Below are positions 13,480-27,122 of a stretch of 60,000 nucleotides of DNA, piece after piece. The position numbers and the translations under genes are program-made. How positions within the stretch are numbered: position 1 is the first letter of the stretch; the number at the start of each line of letters is the position of its first letter. The notes beneath the pieces are model-generated. The model was not told where the DNA came from. It searched no databases and saw only the letters and a list, made by a program, of their open reading frames with translations. The DNA comes from Schmidtea polychroa. Taxonomy: Eukaryota. The DNA is taken from positions 237,400,001 to 237,460,000 of the forward strand of contig CM097885.1 of NCBI GenBank assembly GCA_044892525.1. Direction: 5' to 3'.

Positions 13480-13800
13480 AAAGCCACAGGGTGTTTCCAT
13501 TGCTACAGTGGGCTACAGGGTATTTTTTTTTCAAAATCACATTTAAGTTAGGAGATATTTTAGGTCTCGGTGATTTTTGTACACGGAATCCAACTCTCGT
13601 TAAAAAGCCTACGTATTTTTAGGTCTGTTGGATTTTTTGTACAAGATTTAGGCTCTGGCTAAAAAGCTTAAATATTTTTTTCTCGCTGAAAAAGCCTAAG
13701 TATATTTCGGTCTCTAGAATTTCTTTGTACTAGATTCAGGCTCTCGTTAAAAGTCTGCATATTTTAGGTCTTAGAGATCTATGTTAAGATATTTTTTAGA
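13480..13800 (+). repeat. Degenerate ~60-bp tandem repeats resembling the subterminal repeats of the 41-55.6 kb element
   Basis: AGGTCTC..GATTTTTGTACA...ATCC..CTCTCGTTAAAAAGC units; inverted relatives at 14420-14640. Confidence 0.5.
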
Positions 13801-13944
13801 ATCGAGGTCTAATGAGAGTAATGAGAGTAATGAGGTCTAATGAGGGTAATCATTAAAAATGAAGTAAATTAAAATATTAATTTTTAAATAAGTAATCATT
13901 TTTAAGTAGAGTAATATTTTAAAACTAAGTAAGCTAGTAATGTA

Positions 13945-14205
13945 TTTTATTTTTATGGATACCGAAAATGAATTAGATGTCGTTGCCGCTAACAATAGTT
14001 TTGAAACATAAAGCTCTGGCTTTAATAAATACAAATCAAAATAAATAAATTACAAATTCTTATCATTTTTGTCAGCCAATAATTTTTTAATAACATTTAA
14101 TTATACAGGGAGCTCTCAAATTAAGTGGCATATTTACTAGGTTACTACCTTTTAATAGGCCAATACTATGTACTAAGCTTTTATCAGATAAAAACTATTT
14201 TAAAG
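13945..14205 (+). repeat. Direct repeat, copy 2
   Basis: Near-identical to 12230-12490. Confidence 0.9.
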
Positions 14206-16192
14206 TAATTATTTTACAGTAATTTATTTAGAATTTTAGAAAGTTCAATTAATTTCACTAGCATTACTAAAGCTACAGAAAAATTATCTGATTTTATTGA
14301 AATTTTTTAAAAAATGATTTAATTCATTTAAATTTATTCTTTGAATTTTTATTTCAATTTATGTAAATTTATGTTTTATGTAAAATTAATATCAGAAAAC
14401 CCTTTGACACTTTGCAGCACAGGCATTTTTAGCGAGAGCTGGAATTCGTGTACAAAAATCCTAGAACTTAAAAAGTACTTAGACCTTTTTGACGAGAGCT
14501 GGGGACCTAAAAACTATTATCCCTGTGGCACACTGAAGCACAAGCTTTTTTACCGAGAGAATAAATCTCGTTCATTTTGACATGAAAAATATTTAGGCTT
14601 TTTTACGAGAGCTGGATTCTATGTACAAAAATCTTTTTTTGGAGATAAAATGGCATACATGTTTTTCTGCAACAAAAATTGATGTGCAAAATGTTGTTAA
14701 CACTTGAGTTTTGAATGTTTTTAAATAATATTAGTTGTTAACTATAGATATGTGAATTGTTTTTGTTTTTCAAATGTATTAAATTATTAAGTTAAATAAT
14801 TTTAAATTTCAATTTTATAAGTTTAGGTTGTTAAAATTAAAAAATTATAAAAATTATAATGAACTATTTTAAAATCTTTTAATATATTAATTAAAAATTG
14901 AAAAATAATTAAATATTTAAATTAAATTAAAATACATTTAAAAAAAAATTAATCAAATCTGTTTATAAAATCTATAATATCTTTAGCTTTTTCAATACTA
15001 CTTGATGATGAACGGAAAACTATCAAAATATATCTTAAAACGAATGTTTGAGTGGCACTTTCTTATAATGAATTATTATTAACCCATTAATTGTCAGATT
15101 GTTTTAAAGTTTTGTCGTATATGTTAGATATTTTTGTTCAGTGTACTGTTACAGGACAGTAAACTGTCAAACAAAAATATATGTGAACAATATGAAGTGT
15201 TTATTTTTACTGGATATTAATTATGTTGTATAAATTTTAAATATTAAAAAAATGAAACATCTGAATCTCCATTTGAGGATCAGGGAAGCTAGTGGGTTAA
15301 TAAATTATAAATTAGGCTTTATTAATAGCAATCTCTACTCGTAATTAATTTATTCATCGAATGATAAAAAAATATTTGATATTAAAAGAAATTAAAATTT
15401 CCACATTTATTGGAATATTAAAATGCATACTTTTAATTTATACACTTACATTTTGTATCCCAGAAAAATCTCATGTTCATGAACCACTATGAATTAGTGC
15501 AGTGATGCGTTTACGCATATGTGTACTAGGCGCGCAAATAATGCCCAAAATCTTGAAGGTCTCCGAAACGAATGAAATTAATAAAATTAATATAAAAAAT
15601 AATATTTTTGAATTTTGACTTAAATGACTTTTTTAAATATAAACTATATATTATATATTTTATGTTTTCACTTTTAGAATTCACATAAAAGTGTATTATT
15701 GTATTTCTTCGCTCATTTGTTCATTCATTTTATTGCAAAACAACGTCGAACTTGTTAGCTTGTAGACTTACAACAGTTGACTGTTACAATTTTATATGTT
15801 GAAAGTTTTAGTTTGATAATTCCATCATTTTTTTTGTTAAAGCCTCGCGGATTTTTTTGTAATATTTGTTACATAAGCTGTACACTACCAGTCTTAGACA
15901 CTCAGTCTACATGTTGTAAAGAACCCAAAATTGTTTGCGGCGTGTTCTTTGTCTTCTGTAAATGTACCACTGAGTTAGAAACTATTTGCCTTTGTGATAA
16001 TAAATATTCCATATTTTTTAGGCTTTGAGATACTTTCCCTGGGCATCGAACAGCAGGGCAAAATGACAGAGGATTTTACGAAAAATTTCTCCAAGAAAAT
16101 CAATAAAAAATTGTAAATTTTTATTTTAATTTTAGTTTTTTTAGCAAATTGATAAATTAAAACGACAGTTAAAATTATAAAAGTAGAAGTAT

Positions 16193-16570
16193 TTAATCGT
16201 AATGAAAATAGTGATGATGTTCATGAAAATGCTGATGAACGACATAATTAGAATCTACATAAATCTCTTGATTGATTTCACAGAATTTCTTTAGAGAAAC
16301 CAAAGAATTAGTCAGTGAATGGGAATATTTTCTTGTGGAAAATTCCAGAGGAAGACTCTGGAGAATTTTATTTGATAAAGGATTTGATGGGGATAGGAAA
16401 TTATTTAAGCGCCGTTTGCAAATGTCTGAACTGGTGACATTAGCAGAGTGTGAGCAACAGTCATTGCATGAAATTGTTTCGTTGGGTTCAAAATATGGTT
16501 TTTGATAAATTGTGTCTTTGCAAATGTGAGAAGTGTACAGTGAGTAATTATCCAATAGCCAGCGTTTTAC
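16193..16570 (-). CDS. nkd: Naked-cuticle-like gene, exon 5 (terminal)
   Basis: ttttag|GTA acceptor; 126 codons VKRWLLDNYS...VVHQHFHEHHHYFHYD*; His-rich C-terminus as in Nkd proteins. The exon is well supported; the gene identity is tentative. Confidence 0.75.
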   Translation of the reverse strand, partial: VKRWLLDNYSLYTSHICKDTIYQKPYFEPNETISCNDCCSHSANVTSSDICKRRLNNFLSPSNPLSNKILQSLPLEFSTRKYSHSLTNSLVSLKKFCEINQEIYVDSNYVVHQHFHEHHHYFHYD

Positions 16571-16628
16571 CTAAAAGAGCGAAATTTAATTAATTTCAAT
16601 TTAATTGATAAATATATATCCACAAAAC

Positions 16629-16761
16629 CTTTGAATTTGTATCTTCTTTAGTGAGAATTTCTAATTTATTTAATGATTCTTTGTTGTTTTCTTTTCTCAG
16701 AATCTTGATATTATCTTTCAAATTCATTAAAATTTCATTTGATGTATCCGTTTTTGTCAAT
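16629..16761 (-). CDS. nkd: Naked-cuticle-like gene, exon 4
   Basis: tag|A acceptor and AAG|gt donor; 133 nt; completes the phase-2 codon of exon 3; LTKTDTSNEILMNLKDNIKILRKENNKESLNKLEILTKEDTNSK; 58-bp intron to exon 5. Confidence 0.7.
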
Positions 16762-17297
16762 CTATAACATTTATTTAGTTTTAATTTTCTAGAAATTCTA
16801 AAAAATTTATAATTTATATTAATTAATTTTGCATTTTGAAATTCACAATTAAAGTTATAAATGAAAAGTATTTTACATCTTAATTTTTTTTAAAATTTTA
16901 TTAAAATAAACTTATTTATTAAAAAGCTTCACTATGAATCAGTAAATATATTAAAAAACATCGATATATTTACTGATTCATAGTCAAGATTTTTAATAAA
17001 TACAATGTCAATGAAAAAGAAATCAGTGGTGAAATTTGAAAAAAAGTTCTTATAATAAAATAAACTTAGTAAATTATATAGTAAAATGAGCTTAAAACAA
17101 AAAATATATATAAAACATTTACAATTAAATTGATATTAAAAACCGTTAAAATAAAAAATAATTGAGTTTCTCTTATTTATTAGGATGACTTTTTCATTTA
17201 ATGTTGTTCATATTTTATTTATTAATATTAGATTTTCAATTAATAGTGTATTTTCATTTAATTTCATGTATAATTTATTTATTATTATAGTTTATAT

Positions 17298-18568
<1,271 letters not shown>

Positions 18569-21348
18569 GTTTAGATCAATGCAGTCCAAACATTTTTTCA
18601 TGGAATTCATTGAAAAATAAATTTTTTTGGCGAGACACGTGATGAAAATAATATTTCTTAATTTGAGTAATAAAATTTATATTTATTTATTTTCTATTTA
18701 AATATTCTTGCAAAGATTTCAATAGGAAATATTATAAAAGTATTATACAAAATATTAATCAAGATGAAAATATGTTGCATTTAATTAATGAGAAGCACAG
18801 GCTTGTTTGCCAAAACAAAAATTATTTTACACCTGTTTGCATAGAATAGGAGCATCTATAATATTAAAAAATCAATACTCATATATTATTAAACACACAA
18901 ACTTACCTGTGTGCAGAATTTTAATGTTGCATGGAATAAAAGCATATACTATAGAAAGTGAGAAAGTGGAAGAAAAAATTAACATAACACACGAACACAA
19001 CATATAATAAAACATTAGAAGAACTTTTTTTTTCAAATATTACCAGTGATTTCTTTTCCACTATGTTTATTAGAAATCTTGAAGACTATAAATCAGTAAA
19101 TATATCTAAAACATCGAAACATTTACCGATTTATAGTCTTCAAGCTTTTTAATAAATATAATAAAATATGCATATGAACTTTTGATATGTAGAAATGTTG
19201 AATCTTTGAATCTTAATGTTTTGTCCAAAATATTTTTTCTACGTATTGTACACTAATTAATTGTATATTATCGGTTTTCTTCTAAATTAAGACCGATCTT
19301 ATTTTAATATTTATGTAAATTAAAAAAAACAACAACAATTCGTAAATAAGACTGGTAGTAAAAAAAATTCTACAGTTCTTTTATTGATGTTTTCAGTCAT
19401 CACTAATCAAATCAATTTATTAATATATAAAAATGTGATCTATAGTGATGATGAAAATTAATGAAATAATATAAAAAAAAATTGAAAATTTAAATCAAAA
19501 AATATTAATTTAAAATACCTTATAATTTTATAATTAATCTATTACTTTTTATTATTAAAAAAACTGAAAGTAATAATTATTTACATGGTTTAGTTTGTCA
19601 AATGGAATCCAAACAAAGGAATATTTTAACTGATTATTTTCCATTGTAATTTTTTTAAGGGGCACAAATATAATAACTTTTTTATGTTTTTACAACAATT
19701 GAATGAAAATTATAGATAAAAATTATTTTTATTCACAGACTTGTCAGTAACATTTTAAACAATAATTTTTATTTGTTATTATCTATTGGAAACAAATATT
19801 TCCAACTAGTTGCATGTCTAACTATAAAATATTCACTTAACAATTCAGATAAAAACGAAACCAAGCATTAAAACAAAACTATCTAAAATCAATTTTAATT
19901 GAATATAAAATTCTTGAAATGCTTTTAAATAAATTAAATTAACAAATTAAAAATTAATTGAATTTTAAAAATTCTAAAGAAAATGAATAGAATAATAATA
20001 TTTTTTGATTTATGTTTAAAAAATTAAACCACTGAAAGATTTGATTTTAAACAAAAAAATAATTTCAAAAAACTATTAATAGAAATAATTAAAAGTGAAT
20101 TAATTGATGATAAGTTGTTTTAATTAATTTTTTATTTTTTTGGTCAATCTGATAAAAGATCAAAAAAACAACCACTTGATAAAGACAGTCGAAAAATTAT
20201 GTAGGATTAGTATTAATTTTTGATCTTTTATCAGAATAAAAATAAATTAAATATAAATTTAATTAATCATTAAATTAAAAACTAGATACAAATCTTCGCC
20301 ATTACATTTAGCAGGCGTCATTTAAAATTGAAACTCTAACCGATCCCGGTTAATTGGGTTTATCGGTGATGGGCCGGATATGGCCCGATAAAGTGGAAAA
20401 ACTGTATTAAAAATAAATGTATTAAAATTATTTTTGATGAGTAAAATAAAACAAAAATCACAAAACTTTGATAAGATCATTTGGTTTCATATATTTTTTA
20501 ACGTTTCTATTAGTTACTGTTACAATGAATGTTTGTAGAGGAATTATTACGGTCCTCAGTCGAATCTCAAAAGTCTGCTGTAATAATATTTTATTCTATT
20601 TAGGCTTTGCAAATTCTTTGGTATAGATAAATTGACAAACAATCAAAAACTTGACTAGCGAATGACATATTAATATAAGTAAACTGATTAGATTTTAAAA
20701 TTGTATGAGTTGATAAATTTAACCACATTTTACTAAAAAAGCCAATTATCGTAAGGAAAAATAGTTTAAAAAAAGTCTTTAAAATATTTTTATATTATCT
20801 CCAATGGTAAGAGTACCGATTATTTATAAGCAGGATTGTAAATATTTCAATTTCTAAACGAAATATTGAAATACAATAAACTCTTCATAAGGTAAATTCC
20901 TTTTGTGCTTAGATTTTTGCAAAAAGTGTACCTTATAGATATATGTACCCTATAGAGAGAATTCGTTATATTACAAATATATTATCAAAACTTGTCTTTG
21001 CGAAGAATTTCTTTGAAGAGAAATTAATGAATTAATTAATTAATCATGCAATCGTTTACGGTCATTTAATTAGTCATTTAAAACCTATATTATGTAAAAA
21101 TTATATAGTAAAATATTATTGCCATCCAAAAGAAAAGTAATGTATATACATTTGTTGTTCATGTGAACTCGTTTATTGATACTTATTTTGTAAGTAACTT
21201 AAAAAAGAAAATGCTTTATAAACATATTAAAAGAAAGTTTTTTTTCAATTTACAAAATGTTTACATAGTAGGTTACTACTTCGACTCACGTGAAAGACTT
21301 AAAGTATATATTATTTTAATTGTATCATTAAATATTTTGTTTTAACTT

Positions 21349-21350
<2 letters not shown>

Positions 21351-21430
<80 letters not shown>

Positions 21431-21447
21431 TAATAATCATAATAATA

Positions 21448-21520
<73 letters not shown>
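21351..21520. repeat. (AAT)n microsatellite
   Basis: Seen directly. Confidence 0.95.
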
Positions 21521-21524
<4 letters not shown>

Positions 21525-22349
21525 AGTAAATTGAAAATAATTTTGTTTTTATTAATAAAATTACCGCTAAAATACCTTTTAAATATTTTCTAGCGATAAA
21601 ACACGGTATAAAATGAAATATAGATAAAATTTTAAATTTATTGAAAGTAAAAACAAGTATTGGTTACAATATTTATTACAAAATTCCTTAAAATTATATT
21701 ATCAAACATCATATATGAAATATTAATTAATTATTTAAATATTAATGTAATAGGTAGGAAAATTTGATACATATACAGACATGAAGTATCCTTAAAATAT
21801 TTCCACATTTACTTTATCTAATTTCAATATAAATTATTCATTTTCAATTGAAAATGCACATAGTCGTCAGGTAAGAAAAGTGGAAATTGTCTAATGAGTT
21901 TTTGAAAAAACCTTTTAAAATAATTACTAGTCAATTTAATTAATAATATCTTATTTGTTTTTTTATCTAAAATATTACAAGTATTCTATTGTAAACATTG
22001 ATAAAATGGAAAAATTAATCATGGAAATTTAAAAACTATTATTTTTTTAAATTTACAAAAAAATATTAATTTTATTATTACTGTCGTTAGGACTCATGTA
22101 ACTATTATTTGTTATATCTATGAAATAAACAAAATAAACTAAAGTTTATTTATATAAATAATATTCAAATTTATAAATAAAATATGTCAGTATTCAATTG
22201 TAATAAGAAATGAAAATTTATCAAATTAATGGGTTTGTTAAATTAAAATAAAATAATAAATACAATATAATGTTGTGAAGTGGAAAAATGTATTGGAAAT
22301 ATATATGTTACAGTAAAAATATAAACTTAGACAATTTATAAAACAATAA

Positions 22350-23635
22350 AGTAATAATTTAAGCTTTTTGCTGCAAATAATGTATTTAATGAAAACATTT
22401 TCGATTATAAGATAGTCCTTGTCAATCTCCTAGAATTTAGCAATCTTCTTCCCGAACATGCATCTCGATCTTTCTTTTATTTCCTTTTTTCTTAATTCTG
22501 AATTTTTTTTTGAATTTTTTTAAAAAAATTTTATTTAAAATTAAAATTAAAATTAAATATCCTTAACAATTTAAAAGTCAAAATGAAACATCAACCAAAA
22601 TTTTTAAATTTTTAAAGCTTCTATAATTAGTCTCTAGAAGCCTATTTTAAAATATTTATAAAATAAAGCTTCCAATAACTATTTATATACGAGATTTAAA
22701 TATTTTAATAAATGTGTCAATTTTGATTTTTAATTCCTATCTTTTGAAAGCATATTTCCTAAAATTTATATATTATTTTAATTATTACTTTTTTTATAAT
22801 TTTCTTATATTTTTTTATATATTATAAATTATTCTGAAGGTCAACGACAACAGATCAAATTGATGATTTCATTGATTTCTTCTTTAGTGTTGATTGTTGG
22901 CTGTCTGTTTATAATGAGAATTGCTTCTTTTGAATCTGACATTTTTTTTGGATGTTTCCATTGATTTCGATTGAAATATTTTTTCTTTCTTTTCTTGGTT
23001 GACATTTTTGGAGATGTCTGTTTATCGAGGATTTTCCACCAGGATCTAGATGTTCTTTAACTCTTTGGAGCAAGGTCTTGAGTGTACTTCCTATACACAT
23101 GATGCAATAGACAATGTCTTTTTAAAGCACATATCTTTCAGTGTCTGGCAGTTTTTCATTGTGAAATTGTTTTCTTTTTTTGTGTTGTTTGACAGAGCTT
23201 TTCTTAATGTCCAGGATTTGTGTGCTATCCGAATTGGAAGTTCTTTCAGAATCTTGAAGTCGAGTATGTCACTGATGAATAGGATATTAAGATAGAAATA
23301 TTTCTTCTTCTTTTGTGTTAATTCCCTAAATCTTTCTATGTCCTCACCTATATATCCGTTTCTGTGTAGGATTTTATTGAAATTTGATTGCGGTTTAAAG
23401 TTCTCGTTTCCTTCAGTGCATCGATTGATTCTCGTTTTTTATGACATGCACTTTCTGTATAAATATTTCTTTGAGAGCTGGTTTTCTGTAGAACCCGTAT
23501 GTTTGAGTATTTGTTTCTATTTTGATTCTTAAATCCAATAAATTGAGGGATCCATTTTCTTCCGGATATTCGATTTCAAATTTAATATCTCGGTGAGCTG
23601 AATTGAATGTATTAAAGTTCTAATAACATTCCAAT
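22350..23635 (-). mobile_element. 5'-truncated Penelope-like retroelement (GIY-YIG region plus 3' tail)
   Basis: CIGSTLKTLLQRVKEHL and YFYLNI motifs; collinear with 39670-40972 plus 55598-56005 in reverse orientation. Confidence 0.8.
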
Positions 23636-23686
23636 TGTCCTCCTATTAGACATATTCATTAATTTTCATTAATTTTAAAGCATAGC

Positions 23687-23726
<40 letters not shown>

Positions 23727-24095
23727 ATTATGCCATACCAAATTCAAATCAGTGTAAAAAAAGTAATGCAAATATGACCTTGATAGTAAAACGCCGAATT
23801 TTATATATAGTGGTATTTTAGACGTTAAAAAGCTTATGAAGGTGAATCTCGTGAAGAGATTTGAAATTATATGTCCTCCTATTAGACATATTCATTAATT
23901 TTCATTAATTTTAAAGCATAGCGTGCATATATATATATATATATATTATTATTATGCCATACCAAATTCAAATCAGTGTAAAAAAAGTAATGCAAATATG
24001 ACCTTGATAGTAAAACGCCGAATTTTATATATAGTGGTATTTTAGACGTTAAAAAGCTTATGAAGGTGAATCTCGTGAAGAGATTTGAAATTATA
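23636..24095. repeat. Tandem duplication (236 + 224 bp)
   Basis: Units start TGTCCTCCTATTAGAC at 23636 and 23872 and differ mainly in TA-tract length. Confidence 0.9.
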
Positions 24096-25513
24096 TCAAA
24101 AAGTAATAATAATTTAGACAACTTGTCAGTTAATTTTTATAATACGCAATAAATGTAAAAAAGTATTAAAAATTATTTAAGTGCAGAAACATGTGCTGAG
24201 ACACAAACCAAATTATAAAGCTAATAGAACAATTAGAAGATATTAGATATTTTAACAAAAATAAATATTTATAATGTCTATTCTAATGTTTACATATTAC
24301 TGTTTCATTTGATGAAGTTAGTAAACATGTTAATTGTTTAATAAATTATGTATATGGAATACCTTTTGTGTTCCATTGGATATGTAGTGAATAAAATATT
24401 TAACTACATAATACATTTAAACTTTCTTTTTTAACTCTTGGCTTATTACATTTAAACATTGCTGATTTGCATTTTTAACACGAAGAAACATTTCTGTCTC
24501 TGAAGTTTTATATTAAACAATTTCCATAGTACTGATTTTCAAAAGATTATTCATTTATAGTGAAATTGTCAACGTACTTTACAACATTCATCCATAGTTT
24601 GATCATTATTCTTTAACGCACGTTGTTAATTAATCAAAGTTATAAATATAAAAATTATTTTCTATATAAATTTAATTGCATTTGTTTGTGTTTTAATTGA
24701 CTGTATTTTTTTATTGTTTGCTCAAATTCCCAATGTAAAAGACAAACAAATTTTCATTAATAAAATTTACGTATGCATTAGAATCAATTAATTTATGTTT
24801 TTATTTGGTCAGTAGTAGTTGTTTAAAATTAACTAACAAATTTGAAATAATAAATTTCGTAAAATGAATTTTTGCTTTTTCATTTCCTGAAAAAATTTTC
24901 GAGGACTTCGAAAACCGATTTAGGATAGATATAGATATAATATCTAAGGAAAAAATGTTTCAGAAATAAAAATATAAAATAAATTAAGTCAAGAATTTAA
25001 ATAATTAAAATAATTTAATGTCGAATAAAATTATGATCATTAAAACAAATAATTACCCGATTCTATAAATTATGCATAGAAATTTTAATAAAAATTACTT
25101 TTCATAATTAACTTTTTTCAAATATTTAACTGAAAAATTACTAATTGAAATAAAATTTCCGCCGCTCAGATTAAAAGCTCTGATTAAACATTAGACCACT
25201 TATTACATTAGTAATGAAATAATGCAAGTTTTTATTGAACTAATTTAATATTTTTTGCGCAATGAAAACTGAAAAGGAAATTCAGTCTTTTGATCAGTAA
25301 AATAAATGTTATAATTATAAATTTAATTGAAATAATTAGAGGGTTAATTGTAATAAACACAATCTTCATTCACAATAGTTGTTTTTGTTTATTTAACTTC
25401 AATAAGATTTCAAAATCTCGAAATGCAAAAAGCCATTTTTGGTATATGAATTCATTTCTCCCATGTCATTAAATGATAAAAATAAATAATATATTCGAGT
25501 TTCCAACGGTCTT

Positions 25514-25690
<177 letters not shown>

Positions 25691-26117
25691 GTTTATTACT
25701 GTTAAAGCTGGTATTGATTCTGACTCCTCGTGCTCTTTGTCTTAGTTATCAAGATAAAATATAACACAAAAACACTTTATTAAATATCAACAAACTTTGA
25801 TACAAAGTTGTTAATAAAATGGAAAACAGCTTCTTAATCTTTACTCACAATATCGTACTTTCATTTTTTCGATCAACTGGCATTTCTCCAACAAAGAAAG
25901 TATTGATAAAGATAATGGATAACAGTGAAATATTTGGTTATCAAAAAAGAATTATCAATGTGAATTAATACTTATATTAATGTATACTTCTTTTTATTCG
26001 CATTTTTTTAATTAAAACATATTTTTTTAATCTTTTCATAAAACTAAATATTGTTTATAATCGAACCTTTAAAAAATTTACTTTATTCTGAATTTTTCTC
26101 TAATATTTCATATATTC

Positions 26118-26331
<214 letters not shown>

Positions 26332-26503
26332 GTATCAGAACAATTCGAACATGACAGTATTTAAAAAGTATTAAAATTTCATTTTTGCATATATAATATA
26401 AATATTTAAAACTTTTTCGATGATTTAAAATTTTTTTTAGTATTTTTAAATGTGTTTTATTTCAATTATTGTTAAAAATAATTTAAAAATAATTTGAAAT
26501 AAA

Positions 26504-26536
26504 TCACTTGAAAAAGGCAATGCCGAAAATTCGTGA
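26504..26536 (+). ncRNA. Minimal type I hammerhead-like motif (U3-A8 core variant)
   Basis: TCAC-TTGAAAAA-GGC AAT GCC-GAA-AATT-C-GTGA: stem I TCAC/GTGA, stem II GGC/GCC, palindromic AATT stem III. Confidence 0.5.
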
Positions 26537-26802
26537 ATATCAAAAACATCGACATATTTACTTATTCATAGTCAAGATTTTTAATAAATACAATGTCAAT
26601 GGAAAAGAAATCAGTGGTGAAATTTGAAAAAAAATTTCTTATAATAATAAAAAATTAAGTTTAGTTTTTTAAAAATAAATTTGAAAATATTTAAATTGAG
26701 TACCTAGAGACTGTTTAATATAAATATTTCTATAATAAATAACAGTGAAGTATTTAAATACAATAAATTGAATACAAAATGAGATTGCATAATGAAACGT
26801 AC

Positions 26803-27122
26803 TCTTTTTGACAAGTTTCTGATTCATCATATGACGTTTGCAGACTTGGTGCCGGGGGAATAATTAAATTACTTCTGCAACTACTAGAGGTATCTAATTT
26901 TGAAGAATTTGATATGCCAGATGACAAAGAATATTCTTGATTTGTTTCAAATGGTTCGGGAAGTTTGATTGTCAGATATAAATTAATATTGTCTTTGAGA
27001 TCTTTTTGAATATTTGATTGTGATTTCAGCCATTTCTTTGAGCAAGGTACTATAGATAGATTGAGTATACTTATAGCACAAATGATGTGGCGGCAGATTG
27101 CTAGGAATTTATCTTTTAGAGT
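26803..27122 (-). CDS. nkd: Naked-cuticle-like gene, exon 3
   Basis: tag|ACT...GA|gtacgt; 320 nt stop-free frame TLKDKFLAICRHIICAISILNLSIVPCSKKW...INLYLTIKLPEPF...ESETCQK; phase matches neighbouring exons. Confidence 0.7.

Noticed and set aside
15083..15296. TTAA-flanked CCCA...TGGG segment as a piggyBac MITE
   Set aside because: TIR match is too short and degenerate to support
21348..21593. Poly-Asn, poly-Ile and Ile-Tyr ORFs (also 18275, 18362, 25513, 26051, 56035)
   Set aside because: Translations of microsatellites
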